A DNA stretch of 64,000 nucleotides from the NCBI RefSeq assembly GCF_017302975.1, contig NZ_JAFIMT010000003.1; one strand, 5' to 3'. A model generated the notes under the pieces. The model ran no database searches and had not been told where the DNA came from. It saw nothing but the letters and a program-made list of their open reading frames with translations. Numbering within the stretch: position 1 is the stretch's first letter; the number at the start of each line of letters is the position of its first letter. Shown piece after piece: positions 28,398 through 37,553 of this stretch. The position numbers and the translations under genes were made by a program. This DNA is from Corallococcus exiguus. Lineage in GTDB: Bacteria; Myxococcota; Myxococcia; Myxococcales; Myxococcaceae.

Positions 28398-31300
28398 CTA
28401 AAGCTCGTGCTCATAGGCTTTTTCCTGCGCGAGATTGTGGCAGCGATGCTCGGCCGTAGGGAAGCGTCTCCGTACGTCTTCCAGGGTCGCGACCGCATCC
28501 CGTCGGCTGCGGAACTGAACCGCCCGCTGGAACTGCATCATCAGTTGGCTGCAGCGGTGGTCCAGCTCCATTGAAATCTGGGCAATCCGCTCCCGGACGT
28601 CCTCGTAGAGCTCCGGCTTGTCGTCCAGCGCTTCCAGGGTGATCCACGCGGCGCGGTATTCCCGCCACGCCTTGAACAGGTTCTCCGCGCCCACATCCTT
28701 GAGTTCGTAGAAGCGGGCCCCCGCCGTCGCGGCCTCCCGGGCGGAGGTGACCAGCTGATCCGGCGGCGCCTCCGGCACCGGGATGATCTCCAGCCGCAGG
28801 TTCCAGATGCGCCACGGGTCGCGGCCGGGCGGGTTGAGGGCGTTGTCGAAGAGGATCTGGTTGTTGGCGTTGCGCCGCAGGAGGCTGGGCGGGAGGATCT
28901 GCTCCAGCTCACGCTCGGCCGTCTGCGCCGTGTCCGGGGGCACCCAGCCCAGGGAGACGCCGTTGAGGGACAGGTTGACCTCGTCCCGGGCGATGCTGCT
29001 GGCCTGGTAGTGCAGCACCGCCACGGCGCGCGTGGGGGACACGAAGCGGAAGTCGAAGAGCTTGTCGTCGGCGTGGACCCAGCGCACGCCGTCGCCCAGG
29101 CCGAAGGAGTCCGTCACCGGCTCCATGCCCAGCGTGAAGGGTTCGCGGCCCGGGAGCCGGATGGCCGTGGGGGCCGCGAGCGCCACGAGCAGCGTCACCA
29201 CGCCCAGCACGGCCACGCCCGCCAGCGACGCGATGGCGATCCGCTTGGGCAGCGACTGGCGCTTCCAGAAGAGGATGAACCGGCCCTGGAGCGACTTGCC
29301 CAGCTGACGCCGCTGGCGGGCCTTGTCGGCGGCGGACGAGGGCTCGACCTTCGCGACGACCGTCACCGGGCCGTTGGGCACGGGCTGGACGAAGGAGTCC
29401 TCCAGGTCGGCCGGCACGGGCTGGGTGGCATCCCCCTCCCCGTCCGCGGAGGGCACGGGGGCCAGTGGGAACTCGCCCGGCAGCGGGCCGGGGTCCAGGG
29501 TCGGGGCAGGCACGGCGCGGTCCCGGCCGACGAACGTCACCGGCTCCGGCGAAGGCGGCGGGACGGGAGGGCTCCAGGCCGGCGGAGGCGCCACGGGGGC
29601 GGGGGCAACCTGGCCCGTGAAGGTCCCCGAGGCCCGGGTCTCCTCGGGGGCCGCGAAGAGGTCATCGTCCTGGCCGACGAAGGTCGAGGGCTCGCTGGAG
29701 TCGGGCGCGGGGACGGGCACGCTCGCGACGCGCACCGGAGGGGCCACGAGCGGACTGACCGGGGTGATGGGCCGGAGGTCGAGAACGGTCCGCTCCTCGG
29801 GCTCCTCCATCATCGGCGGAGGCAGCGCGGGCGAGGCCGCCTGTGGCGGAGCCGACTCTTCCAGGGGCGGCGCTTCCGGGGTCGCCGGAATCGCCATCAG
29901 CGTGCGCTCCTCGGGCTCATCCAGCTCCGGGAACGGCAGCGCGGGGGGCGGCAACGCGGCGGGCTCGAGCGAGTTCACCGTGGAGATCGCCATCAGCGTG
30001 CGCTCCTCGGGCTCGTCCAGTTCCGGGAGGGGCAGCACGGGAGACAGCGCCGCGGCGGGTGCGTCCGCCGTGGGAATCGCCATCAGCGTGCGCTCCTCGG
30101 GTTCATCCGACACCACCGGGGCCAGGTCCACGGGAGGCGGAACGACGGAAGGCCGAGTCGGAGGCGGCGGAGCCATGAGCCCCGGCGGCGACATCAACGG
30201 CAGTCCGGATGAGGAAGCCGCGGCACTCCGGGCCGCGGGAGCAGCGGACGCGCGCGCGGCGCCAAGCCCCAGCGAGGGACGGTTCAGTGCGGGAGCACCG
30301 ATACCGGGCAGACTCGTGACGCCGTTCCGCTTCGCGGGAGCCGCTGGCTCCACGGGAGCTGGGGCCGCGACCCTCTCCGGCGCGGAGGTCACCGCCGGAA
30401 CAGCCCCGGTCAAGGCAGGAGTTCCGGCCGCGGGAAGCTCGAGCGCGGTGATGTGCGCGGGCTCGGGCGCGGACGACCGGCTCGGTCCCGAGGAACCGAC
30501 CGCGGACAGTCCAGGCCCGGAGGCCCGGACGGAGGCGGAAGGTCCCGGAGCCTTGTTCGCGGCCGGAGCGCTCAGCACCGGGGGGCCCCCAGGAGCCTGG
30601 GCTGGCGCACCCGAGCCCGAAGCGGCAGGCCCCAACACCGGGGGCCCCACGGGAGTCCTGGCGGGCGCGGTCGCTCCCGGCGCCGAAGGTCCCGACACAG
30701 GAGGCGCGCCGGGAACCTTGCCCGAAGCAGCCGACGCGGAGGCCCCCAACACAGGCGGACCCGAAGGAGGCCTGGGAGGAGTCACCGCACCCGGAGCGGA
30801 AGCCCCCGGCACAGGAGCTCCCGGTGCAGGCCGGGCCGGCGCAGCGGATGCCGGCGAGGAAGCTCCCACCACTGGAGCTCCCGGTGCAGGCCGAGCCGGC
30901 GTCGCCGCACCCGGCGCGGAAGCTCCCGACACAGGAACTCCCGGTGCAGGCCGAGCCGGCGCAGCGGATGCCGGCGCGGAAGATCCCAGCACGGGAGTTC
31001 CAGGTGCAGGCCGGGCCGGCGCAGCGGATGCCGGCGAGGCAGCTCCCGCCGCTGGAGTTCCAGGTGCAGGCCGGGCCGGCGCAGCGGATGCCGGCGAGGA
31101 AGCCCCCGGCACAGGAGGCCCGGCGGGAGGCTTGGGCGGAGCCGCCGCACCCGGCGCGGATGCGCTGAGCACAGGCCCCGGAGGAGGCCGGACCGGCGCG
31201 GGGGCACTGACCGCCGGCAGATCCGGAGCGGAGGGCCGCTTCGGTGTGGCGGCCGGCACCGGCATCGCAGGGGTCGCCCCACCCTTCGCCGCGGGCACCG

Positions 31301-31706
31301 CCATTCCCGGGCGCGGCGGAGATACTGGCCGGGCCATGGCCGGCATCGACTGCTGGTAGCTCGTGGGCGCCGCTTCGATTTCCGCGAGCGAGGCCTGCCC
31401 CAAGCCCTGCGGCGACACGTTCGCGTGGGGCGGCGCGAGCACCCGCCGGATGGGCCGGGTGACGTCGTCGTCATCCTCCGGCGGCATCCACACGAAGGTG
31501 AACTCCACCGGCCCCACGGTGATGCGGTCGCCGTCGCGCAGCTGCTTCTCGCCAGCCAGCGGCTGGCCGTTCAGCTGCGTGCCGTTCGCGCTGCCAACGT
31601 CCGCCGCGAAGTAGCGCCCATCCCTCGCCGTGATGCGGGCATGACGCCGGGAGACACCGTGGTCATGCAGCACCAGGTCGTTCTCCGAGGTCCGGCCGAT
31701 CTTCAC
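28398..31706 (-). CDS. Giant FHA-domain protein (1102 aa) with a TM helix and an extensive Pro/Ala/Gly/Ser low-complexity region containing 20-aa tandem repeats
   Basis: The FHA core reads GRTSENDLVLHDHGVSRRHARI...GSANGTQLNG. There is a single TM helix (IAIASLAGVAVLGVVTLLVALAA) and a C-terminal globular part. The first canonical start (GTG 31706) truncates FHA strand 1, and the upstream in-frame sequence has no ATG, GTG or TTG. Confidence 0.75.
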   Translation of the reverse strand: MKIGRTSENDLVLHDHGVSRRHARITARDGRYFAADVGSANGTQLNGQPLAGEKQLRDGDRITVGPVEFTFVWMPPEDDDDVTRPIRRVLAPPHANVSPQGLGQASLAEIEAAPTSYQQSMPAMARPVSPPRPGMAVPAAKGGATPAMPVPAATPKRPSAPDLPAVSAPAPVRPPPGPVLSASAPGAAAPPKPPAGPPVPGASSPASAAPARPAPGTPAAGAASPASAAPARPAPGTPVLGSSAPASAAPARPAPGVPVSGASAPGAATPARPAPGAPVVGASSPASAAPARPAPGAPVPGASAPGAVTPPRPPSGPPVLGASASAASGKVPGAPPVSGPSAPGATAPARTPVGPPVLGPAASGSGAPAQAPGGPPVLSAPAANKAPGPSASVRASGPGLSAVGSSGPSRSSAPEPAHITALELPAAGTPALTGAVPAVTSAPERVAAPAPVEPAAPAKRNGVTSLPGIGAPALNRPSLGLGAARASAAPAARSAAASSSGLPLMSPPGLMAPPPPTRPSVVPPPVDLAPVVSDEPEERTLMAIPTADAPAAALSPVLPLPELDEPEERTLMAISTVNSLEPAALPPPALPFPELDEPEERTLMAIPATPEAPPLEESAPPQAASPALPPPMMEEPEERTVLDLRPITPVSPLVAPPVRVASVPVPAPDSSEPSTFVGQDDDLFAAPEETRASGTFTGQVAPAPVAPPPAWSPPVPPPSPEPVTFVGRDRAVPAPTLDPGPLPGEFPLAPVPSADGEGDATQPVPADLEDSFVQPVPNGPVTVVAKVEPSSAADKARQRRQLGKSLQGRFILFWKRQSLPKRIAIASLAGVAVLGVVTLLVALAAPTAIRLPGREPFTLGMEPVTDSFGLGDGVRWVHADDKLFDFRFVSPTRAVAVLHYQASSIARDEVNLSLNGVSLGWVPPDTAQTAERELEQILPPSLLRRNANNQILFDNALNPPGRDPWRIWNLRLEIIPVPEAPPDQLVTSAREAATAGARFYELKDVGAENLFKAWREYRAAWITLEALDDKPELYEDVRERIAQISMELDHRCSQLMMQFQRAVQFRSRRDAVATLEDVRRRFPTAEHRCHNLAQEKAYEHEL
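30780..31180 (-). repeat. About six tandem copies of a 60-bp coding repeat inside the giant FHA gene
   Basis: Near-identical units gcaggccgggccggcgcagcggatgccggcgaggaagctcccaccactggagctcccggt encode a repeated roughly 20-aa PASAAPARPAPG(A/T)PV(x)GASS motif. Confidence 0.6.
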
Positions 31707-31779
31707 TTCGGCCTGCTCGAAGGCGAGCTCCCGTCCGACCTGGAGCCCCTGGGTGATGGTGAGCAGGATGGGCAGAGGA

Positions 31780-32670
31780 CTAGCCCCCGACGTTGCCGAA
31801 CATGAACTGGAACACGATGGGCCCGAAGAGCACCATGAACACCGTCGGGAAGATGCAGGCGATGAGCGGGAAGAGCATCTTCACCGGCGCCTCGCCCGCC
31901 AGCTTCTCCGCGCGCTGCGTGCGGTCGATGCGCATCTGCGTGGACTGGATGCGCAGCACCTTGCCCAGGCTCGTACCCATCTTGTCCGCCTGGATCAGCG
32001 CCGTGACGAACGTCGTCAGCGACGGCAGGTCCACGCGCACGATCATGCTCTTGAGCCCCTCTTCACGCGTCTTGCCCATCTTGAGCTGCTTGAGCACCAG
32101 CTGCAGCTCCTCGCGCAGCGGACCCTGGCGGCCCTTCTCCACCACCTTCGCCAGCGCGCCCGTGAAGTCCATGCCCGCTTCCACCGACAGCGTCAGCAGG
32201 TCCAGGTTGTACGGAAGCGCGCGGCTGATGGCCAGGTGACGGCGCTTCACCTGATCGTTCAACCAGATGAGCGGATAGAACAGGCCCAGCAGCATCACCA
32301 GCAGCGACCAGGCCAGGTTCATGCCCATGCCGTTGACGACGAACAGGCCGGCCAGCAGCGCCAGGAAGGCGCTGATCTCCTGCAGCGCCATGATGTCCTC
32401 GGGCTTGTACTGCGACGGCTCGCCCGCCTTGATCAGCTTGCGGCGCGTCTTGGACTCGTAGCCCGGCCACATGAAGCGCCGGTTCATCGCGCCCAGCTTG
32501 CGGACGGCGACGGAGCCAGCGCCCTTCATGCCGCCCGCGGACTCGTCCCGGACTTCCGTGAGGAAGCGCTCCAGGAGGTTGGAGTACAGGCCGATGCCCA
32601 GGAACGCCACCGCGCCCGCGGTCAGCAGTGCCGAGCCGCCCATCAGCAGAAATGTCAGGACTTCCTGCAC
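31780..32670 (-). CDS. tadC: Tad/Flp pilus assembly inner-membrane platform protein TadC (T2SS-F family)
   Basis: It has the T2SSF domain and TM topology (LALLAGLFVVNGMGM..., LFPLIACIFPTVFMVLFGPIV). It is paired with TadB immediately upstream. Confidence 0.8.
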   Translation of the reverse strand: MQEVLTFLLMGGSALLTAGAVAFLGIGLYSNLLERFLTEVRDESAGGMKGAGSVAVRKLGAMNRRFMWPGYESKTRRKLIKAGEPSQYKPEDIMALQEISAFLALLAGLFVVNGMGMNLAWSLLVMLLGLFYPLIWLNDQVKRRHLAISRALPYNLDLLTLSVEAGMDFTGALAKVVEKGRQGPLREELQLVLKQLKMGKTREEGLKSMIVRVDLPSLTTFVTALIQADKMGTSLGKVLRIQSTQMRIDRTQRAEKLAGEAPVKMLFPLIACIFPTVFMVLFGPIVFQFMFGNVGG

Positions 32671-32683
32671 GGTGCGCCTCGTT

Positions 32684-33529
32684 TCAGATGTCGATGTTGA
32701 CGATGCGCCGGATGATGAGGATGCCCATGATCTCCATGATGGCGATCAGGGTCACCAGGATGTAGCCGAAGATGTGGTTCATCATCGGCTCCATCAGGTC
32801 CGGGCGCATGTAGTTGAGCACCATGCCCAGCACCGCCGGCATGGCCGCGACGATCCACCCCTGCAGCTTGCCCTGGGAGGTCAGCGCGTCGATCTTGCCT
32901 TCCAGACGGAAGCGCTCGCGGATCACCGTGGAGATGGTCTCGAACATCTCCGCCATGTTGCCGCCCAGCTGGCGCGCGATGTTCGTGGACACGACCACCA
33001 GCTCCAGGTCGTCGCTGCCCACGCGCTTGCCCATGTTGACGAGCGCCTCTTCCAGCGGCACGCCCAGCTTCACTTCCTTCACGAAGAGGCCGAACTCCTG
33101 GGACAGGGGCGGCATCGCTTCGCGAGCCACGTGCTCGATGGCCTGGGGGAACGTGAGACCCGCCTTGAACGCGTTGGCCATGGCCTGCAGCGCGTCCACC
33201 AGCTGCACGTTGAACTTCTTGATGCGGCGCTTGCGGTAGTGCTTCACGAGCAGCATCGGCAGGAAGAAGCCGAAGATGGTCGCGAGCACCGCAAGGATGG
33301 GGTTGAAGACGATGTAGCTGAGGATGCCCAGGAGGCACATGCAGGCGATGTTGAGGATCAACATCTGCCGCGCATCGATGAAGAGGAACATGTCGCTCAA
33401 GTCGTTCATCGACTTGGCGACGTACCGCTCCTGGTACTGCTCATACGCCTTTGACAGGACGCTGAAGATCACCAGGCTGAAGAAGAACACCGAGCCGGTG
33501 ACGAGAAGGAGGACGATACCTGCGAGCAT
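32684..33529 (-). CDS. tadB: Tad/Flp pilus assembly inner-membrane platform protein TadB (T2SS-F family)
   Basis: It has T2SSF-family topology and is the platform paralogue of the downstream TadC. Confidence 0.8.
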   Translation of the reverse strand: MLAGIVLLLVTGSVFFFSLVIFSVLSKAYEQYQERYVAKSMNDLSDMFLFIDARQMLILNIACMCLLGILSYIVFNPILAVLATIFGFFLPMLLVKHYRKRRIKKFNVQLVDALQAMANAFKAGLTFPQAIEHVAREAMPPLSQEFGLFVKEVKLGVPLEEALVNMGKRVGSDDLELVVVSTNIARQLGGNMAEMFETISTVIRERFRLEGKIDALTSQGKLQGWIVAAMPAVLGMVLNYMRPDLMEPMMNHIFGYILVTLIAIMEIMGILIIRRIVNIDI

Positions 33530-33607
33530 GGGCGCGAATCCCCGGGGGATGAGGGAGGGGTCGGCAGGGCCGCTTCAGCGTCAAGCGAAGCGGCCCCGCG
33601 CGCAGGA

Positions 33608-34426
33608 CTACGGAGAGCCGGCCGAGGCCTTCTCGCCGCCGCCACTGCCCTTGATGATCTGGATGATCTCCCGGCGCTTCTGCTCCAGCACGCGGGTGCG
33701 CTCACCGGAGAGCAGCGTGCTGATGGTCGCGCGGCCACGCTCCTCGATGAGGTCCACGTCGTCCTCGTTGCGCAGGGACAACGTCAGCTGGCCCAGTTCC
33801 GCCGCCAGCACCAGGATCTCCGCCTCTTCCGGCAGCACCATCAGCGAGACGTTGGAGTACTCGCGCTGGTTCTCCGGGATGAGGTTGATGTTCGTGGTGC
33901 CGGTGATCTTGCCCGTGGCGACCACGATGATGTTCTGCAGCAGCGTCACCGCGACGCTCTCGTCCGTCTGCGGATCGCGGAACGTGCCGATGATGTCCAC
34001 GTGATCGTTGGGGCGGATCCACCCGCCCACGGACGTGGTCTGCTTCGCCTCGATGGTGATGGCGCGCGCCTTCTTCTGCACCTTCGTGGACAGGCGCTCG
34101 GCGGCCTTCGTCGTCTCGAACTGGCTCCAGAGGATGGGGTCGCCGGCCTGCAGCGCCACCAGCACCTTCTGGTTCACGATGTAGTTGGCGGAGTCCGGCT
34201 TCACCACCGACGAGGTGACGAACTGCTCCGGCACGGAGCGCTGGGAGATCATCTCGTACGTGATGACCGAGCCCTCGGGCATGTCCTGGCCCGCCACCAC
34301 CACGGGCACCAGGTTCCACCCGCGGCGCACATCGGATTCCTTCTTCTTGATGGCCGAGTAGGCCACGATGCCCGCGAGCAAACCGAGCACCAGTGCGACG
34401 ACGAGTGGGGTCTTACCCTTCAACAT
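33608..34426 (-). CDS. cpaB: Flp pilus assembly protein CpaB/RcpC (SAF domain)
   Basis: It has an N-terminal TM anchor and a SAF/CpaB-like beta-rich periplasmic domain; its length and position match CpaB. Confidence 0.8.
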   Translation of the reverse strand: MLKGKTPLVVALVLGLLAGIVAYSAIKKKESDVRRGWNLVPVVVAGQDMPEGSVITYEMISQRSVPEQFVTSSVVKPDSANYIVNQKVLVALQAGDPILWSQFETTKAAERLSTKVQKKARAITIEAKQTTSVGGWIRPNDHVDIIGTFRDPQTDESVAVTLLQNIIVVATGKITGTTNINLIPENQREYSNVSLMVLPEEAEILVLAAELGQLTLSLRNEDDVDLIEERGRATISTLLSGERTRVLEQKRREIIQIIKGSGGGEKASAGSP

Positions 34427-34658
34427 GGTTCAAAGTCCTCCAGAACGGTGGGGCGCCGTCGTGGCGGCAGGACTGCTTTGGACGAGGGGGCGATGCCAGG
34501 GCGCGAACGAGGCAAGATGTTAGCCATGCCCCAGAGCAGGTGTCAAAACCACCTCTCGTGACAAAGCGGAATCCCGGGACCTCCGGAGCTCGCGGAGCCT
34601 GTCCGCCCAGGGGGGAGGACGGCTCGACGCAGTGAGTTGATCCGCGGACTGCCGTCCC

Positions 34659-34961
34659 TCAGGGGAACGGCAGGTTCAGCACGAAGTAGAACGAGTCGTA
34701 ATAGATCTGGTACGCCTCGAGGAACAGGTCGATGACGTTGGTCTGCCGGTCGTCCGTCCAGCGGATCTTCACCGTGGCGCCGACGACGAGCCCGACGATC
34801 AACACCCAGTTGATCATCGAGTACTCCACCATGGCCTGGCCACGGCGGGCCCGGCGCGGGGAGCGCGGCGGCGACTTCCGGGGGCTGTTCACGGGGGGAG
34901 CGTGCACGTCCGACGTCATGTCCCCATTATCCAGGACCCGGGCCCCGGACGCATCGGTCAT
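34659..34961 (-). CDS. Candidate Flp/TadE-type prepilin with an unusually long basic leader
   Basis: It contains a G/XXXXEY-type processing motif (RRGQAMVEY) followed by a hydrophobic helix SMINWVLIVGLVVG. The mature part would be about 58 aa. A stem-loop lies just after the stop. Confidence 0.5.
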   Translation of the reverse strand: MTDASGARVLDNGDMTSDVHAPPVNSPRKSPPRSPRRARRGQAMVEYSMINWVLIVGLVVGATVKIRWTDDRQTNVIDLFLEAYQIYYDSFYFVLNLPFP

Positions 34962-34979
34962 GTGGACTGCCGCCCTCCC

Positions 34980-36431
34980 CTACTGCGCGCGCTGGGCTGG
35001 CGCGGCCCTGTCCGTGTCCGCGGAGGGCGTGACCTGACGCAGGCGGCGCTGGGCCAGCTGCGCCGCGCTGGAGCCGGGGGCCTCGGTGATGATCTGCCCG
35101 CAGATGGCGGCGGCCTCCTGGGTCCGTCCCTGGACGGACTCCGACTCGCAGAGCCGTGAGAGCAGGGCCAGCCGCTCGCTGCCGCTGGCTCCAGCCGCGA
35201 GCGCGGCGCGCAGCAGCTGTGCCTCCCGGGCGCGGTCCCCCTGGTTCGCGGCGGCCTGGGCCTGGGCGGACAGGTCGCGCGCAGTCATCGCCTCCTTGGA
35301 GACGGACTTCTCCATGGACGCAGGCTTCGCGGGCTCCGCGCGGGCGGACTCCTGCTTGGGCTTGGCGTTCGAAAGCCCCGGGGGCGTGGACGGAGGCATC
35401 GCACCGCCGATGGAGCCCACGGCGGAGGGGGCCATGGGCGCGGCCTGGACCACAGGCGCGGAGGCCACGGCGGGAGGCGGCGGAGCCGCGCCCGCTGCCA
35501 CCTCGTCGTCCCCATCCGAGATGAGCCCACGGCCATAGGCCGTCTCACCCATCCGCAGGGAATCGCCCTTCGAGCCCGGGGCCTTGTCGCTGAGTTTGCC
35601 CGCGGAACGCCGCGGCGCGGACTCATCCTTCGCGAGGTAGCCGTCGAGGGCCTGCTCTTCCCTCGGAGGCGGCTCCATCAAGGGTGCCCCGGCCGTCGCC
35701 TGTTCGAGCGCGGCGAACTCTTCCTCCGCGTCCCGGACGGCCTTGGACATCTTCTTCTTGGGAGCCTCGGCGTTCGCGCGGCGCTCCAGCAGCCCGCCAC
35801 CACTGCCCGCGTTCATCCAGTCGGACGGACGGGCCGCGGCGGTGCCCTTGCGCTGCGCCTTGGCCTCCATCTGGTTCCGGTTGATCTCCATCTCGCCCGG
35901 CGCGGGCGCGGCCGCCAGTGCGTCCGAGGCACCCTCGGGCACGTCCACTTCCATGGTCGCGCTTGACGGCGCGGGGGCCACGGCGCTCGGGGCGCTCTTT
36001 TCCCGCGTCTGGGATTCCTGCTTCGCCGCCACCATCGCCGGGCTGGGGGCGCGCTGAGACAGGTTCGGCGACAGGTCCAGGTTCTCGCTCACCGTCAACG
36101 TCAGGACGCCGAAGGTGCCCACCGTTGCCAGGCCCACCGCGGGCAGCAGGAAGCGGCGCCAGCGCGAGGGCTTCGGCTCGGGGCCGGCGGCGGCGCGGCG
36201 CGCGGACTGCTGCGCGTACGCGAGCAGCGACTCCAGGCCCGCGTCCGGCGCGGGCTCCGACGACAGCTGCGCCATGGTCGTGCGCACGCCGCGGATGTCC
36301 GCCAGCGCCTTCGTGCAGCGCGCACAGCCCTGGACGTGCTGCTCCAGCACATGGGCCTCCGACGCGGGCAGTTCGCCGTAGGCGAAGTCGAGGAGCCGGT
36401 CCTCGTGCGCGTGGGCATTCTGGGCATTCAT
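34980..36431 (-). CDS. Membrane anti-sigma factor (zinc-finger type) with a Pro/Ala-rich periplasmic region
   Basis: It has an N-terminal HxxxCxxC anti-sigma motif (HVQGCARCTKAL) and one TM helix. Its start overlaps the stop of the upstream ECF sigma gene (ATGA). Confidence 0.7.
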   Translation of the reverse strand: MNAQNAHAHEDRLLDFAYGELPASEAHVLEQHVQGCARCTKALADIRGVRTTMAQLSSEPAPDAGLESLLAYAQQSARRAAAGPEPKPSRWRRFLLPAVGLATVGTFGVLTLTVSENLDLSPNLSQRAPSPAMVAAKQESQTREKSAPSAVAPAPSSATMEVDVPEGASDALAAAPAPGEMEINRNQMEAKAQRKGTAAARPSDWMNAGSGGGLLERRANAEAPKKKMSKAVRDAEEEFAALEQATAGAPLMEPPPREEQALDGYLAKDESAPRRSAGKLSDKAPGSKGDSLRMGETAYGRGLISDGDDEVAAGAAPPPPAVASAPVVQAAPMAPSAVGSIGGAMPPSTPPGLSNAKPKQESARAEPAKPASMEKSVSKEAMTARDLSAQAQAAANQGDRAREAQLLRAALAAGASGSERLALLSRLCESESVQGRTQEAAAICGQIITEAPGSSAAQLAQRRLRQVTPSADTDRAAPAQRAQ

Positions 36432-37075
36432 CCCGCCACCGTCCTTCCATCCTCCGACAGGTCGCCGTCCACGCCCAGCTCACCCAGGCGGCGGCGCAGG
36501 CCCTCCAACGCGTAGCGCATGCGGCTCTTCACCGTGTTCTCGGACACGCCCGTCACCTCGGCGATCTCCTTGAACGGGATGCCGCTGTACTCGCGCAACA
36601 CGAACACCTCGCGCTGCTCCTCCGGCAGGGCGGACAGGGCCCGCTCCAGCAGGGGCCGGAGGCGGGCGTTGTGCGCGCCGCGCTCCGGGCTGGCCCCGGC
36701 ATCCGGCAGCCCCTCGCCCAGCGGACGTCCCTCGTCGCCGTCGGCACCCGCCGAGGGGGCTTCCAGGGACGTCGTCTGGCGGTAGCTCTCTTTGCGCGTG
36801 CTGTCCACGCAGAGGTTCCTCGCGATGGTGTACAGCCAGGTCGTGAACCGGGCCTTGGGCTCGTATTCCCGGGCGCTGCGGACCACCTTGAGCCAGGTCT
36901 CCTGCAGCACGTCCTCCGCCCGCGCCCTATGGCCTACGAAGCGCAGGATGAAGTTGAACACCGGCGCGCGGTGCTTGCGCACCAACGCATCGAACGCACG
37001 CGCGTTTCCCGCCTGGAAGGCGAGCATCAGCTGCTCGTCTGAGGTTTCGGGTGCCAAACTTCCCCCAGTGCCCAT
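36428..37075 (-). CDS. ECF (sigma-70 family) RNA polymerase sigma factor
   Basis: It has region 2 (LQETWLKVVR...FTTWLYTIARN) and region 4 (EQREVFVLREYSGIPFKEIAEVTGVSENTVKSRMRYA). The start is uncertain (37075, 37027 or 37108). Confidence 0.8.
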   Translation of the reverse strand: MGTGGSLAPETSDEQLMLAFQAGNARAFDALVRKHRAPVFNFILRFVGHRARAEDVLQETWLKVVRSAREYEPKARFTTWLYTIARNLCVDSTRKESYRQTTSLEAPSAGADGDEGRPLGEGLPDAGASPERGAHNARLRPLLERALSALPEEQREVFVLREYSGIPFKEIAEVTGVSENTVKSRMRYALEGLRRRLGELGVDGDLSEDGRTVAG

Positions 37076-37139
37076 GAAGCCACGGGTGCCATCCCCTTCA
37101 CCGCCCACGGCCTGTAACGGACAGCCGTGCGCGAAAGGT

Positions 37140-37553
37140 CTATTCCGGCCGTGGCCGCCGGTAAGTGGCGAGAATGACAGGGACCGCCACCCCTGTCACC
37201 AGAAGTGCCTGCGCAAGTAATACCGCCGGCAGCGGGCGCTGCACATGCACGTACAGCGAGCGGCCGAGCCCCACTCCCAACAGGATGCCCGTCAGCGTAC
37301 GTACCGCGTTGGAACCCGAGGCGGGCCGGAAGCGTCCCACCGCCCAGTCCACGAGCGCGGGCAGCGTGAGTCCCAGCACCACCGGCACGTCCCACTCCCA
37401 CTGGAGCGGCGCCTTCAGCGCGAACAGCGCGAGGAACACGCCCGCGAGCACCGGGTACGTACCCAGGCACCGCGCGCACACGCGCACGCCCGCGAGCACG
37501 TACGTGCGGTTGTACTCATCCGGGTGATGATGGCTGAGCCAGAACACCGGCAC
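37140..37553 (-). CDS. DUF2085-family membrane protein
   Basis: It has [10 protein letters not shown]...[10 protein letters not shown] (a Cys-rich DUF2085 signature) followed by TM helices. The start was trimmed to avoid a 170-nt overlap with the upstream ABC ATPase. Confidence 0.55.
   Translation of the reverse strand: MPVFWLSHHHPDEYNRTYVLAGVRVCARCLGTYPVLAGVFLALFALKAPLQWEWDVPVVLGLTLPALVDWAVGRFRPASGSNAVRTLTGILLGVGLGRSLYVHVQRPLPAVLLAQALLVTGVAVPVILATYRRPRPE

Noticed and set aside
30780-31180. Regular 60-bp tandem repeats; a CRISPR array was considered
   Set aside because: The repeats are contiguous with no unique spacers, lie inside a long ORF and encode a periodic peptide. They are coding tandem repeats, not CRISPR.
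34427-34658. Possible sigma-54-type promoter (TGGCAT...TTGC) in the 232-bp gap between the pilin candidate and cpaB
   Set aside because: The spacing between the -24 and -12 elements is about 10 nt instead of 5. It could still harbour a promoter, but there is no convincing match.
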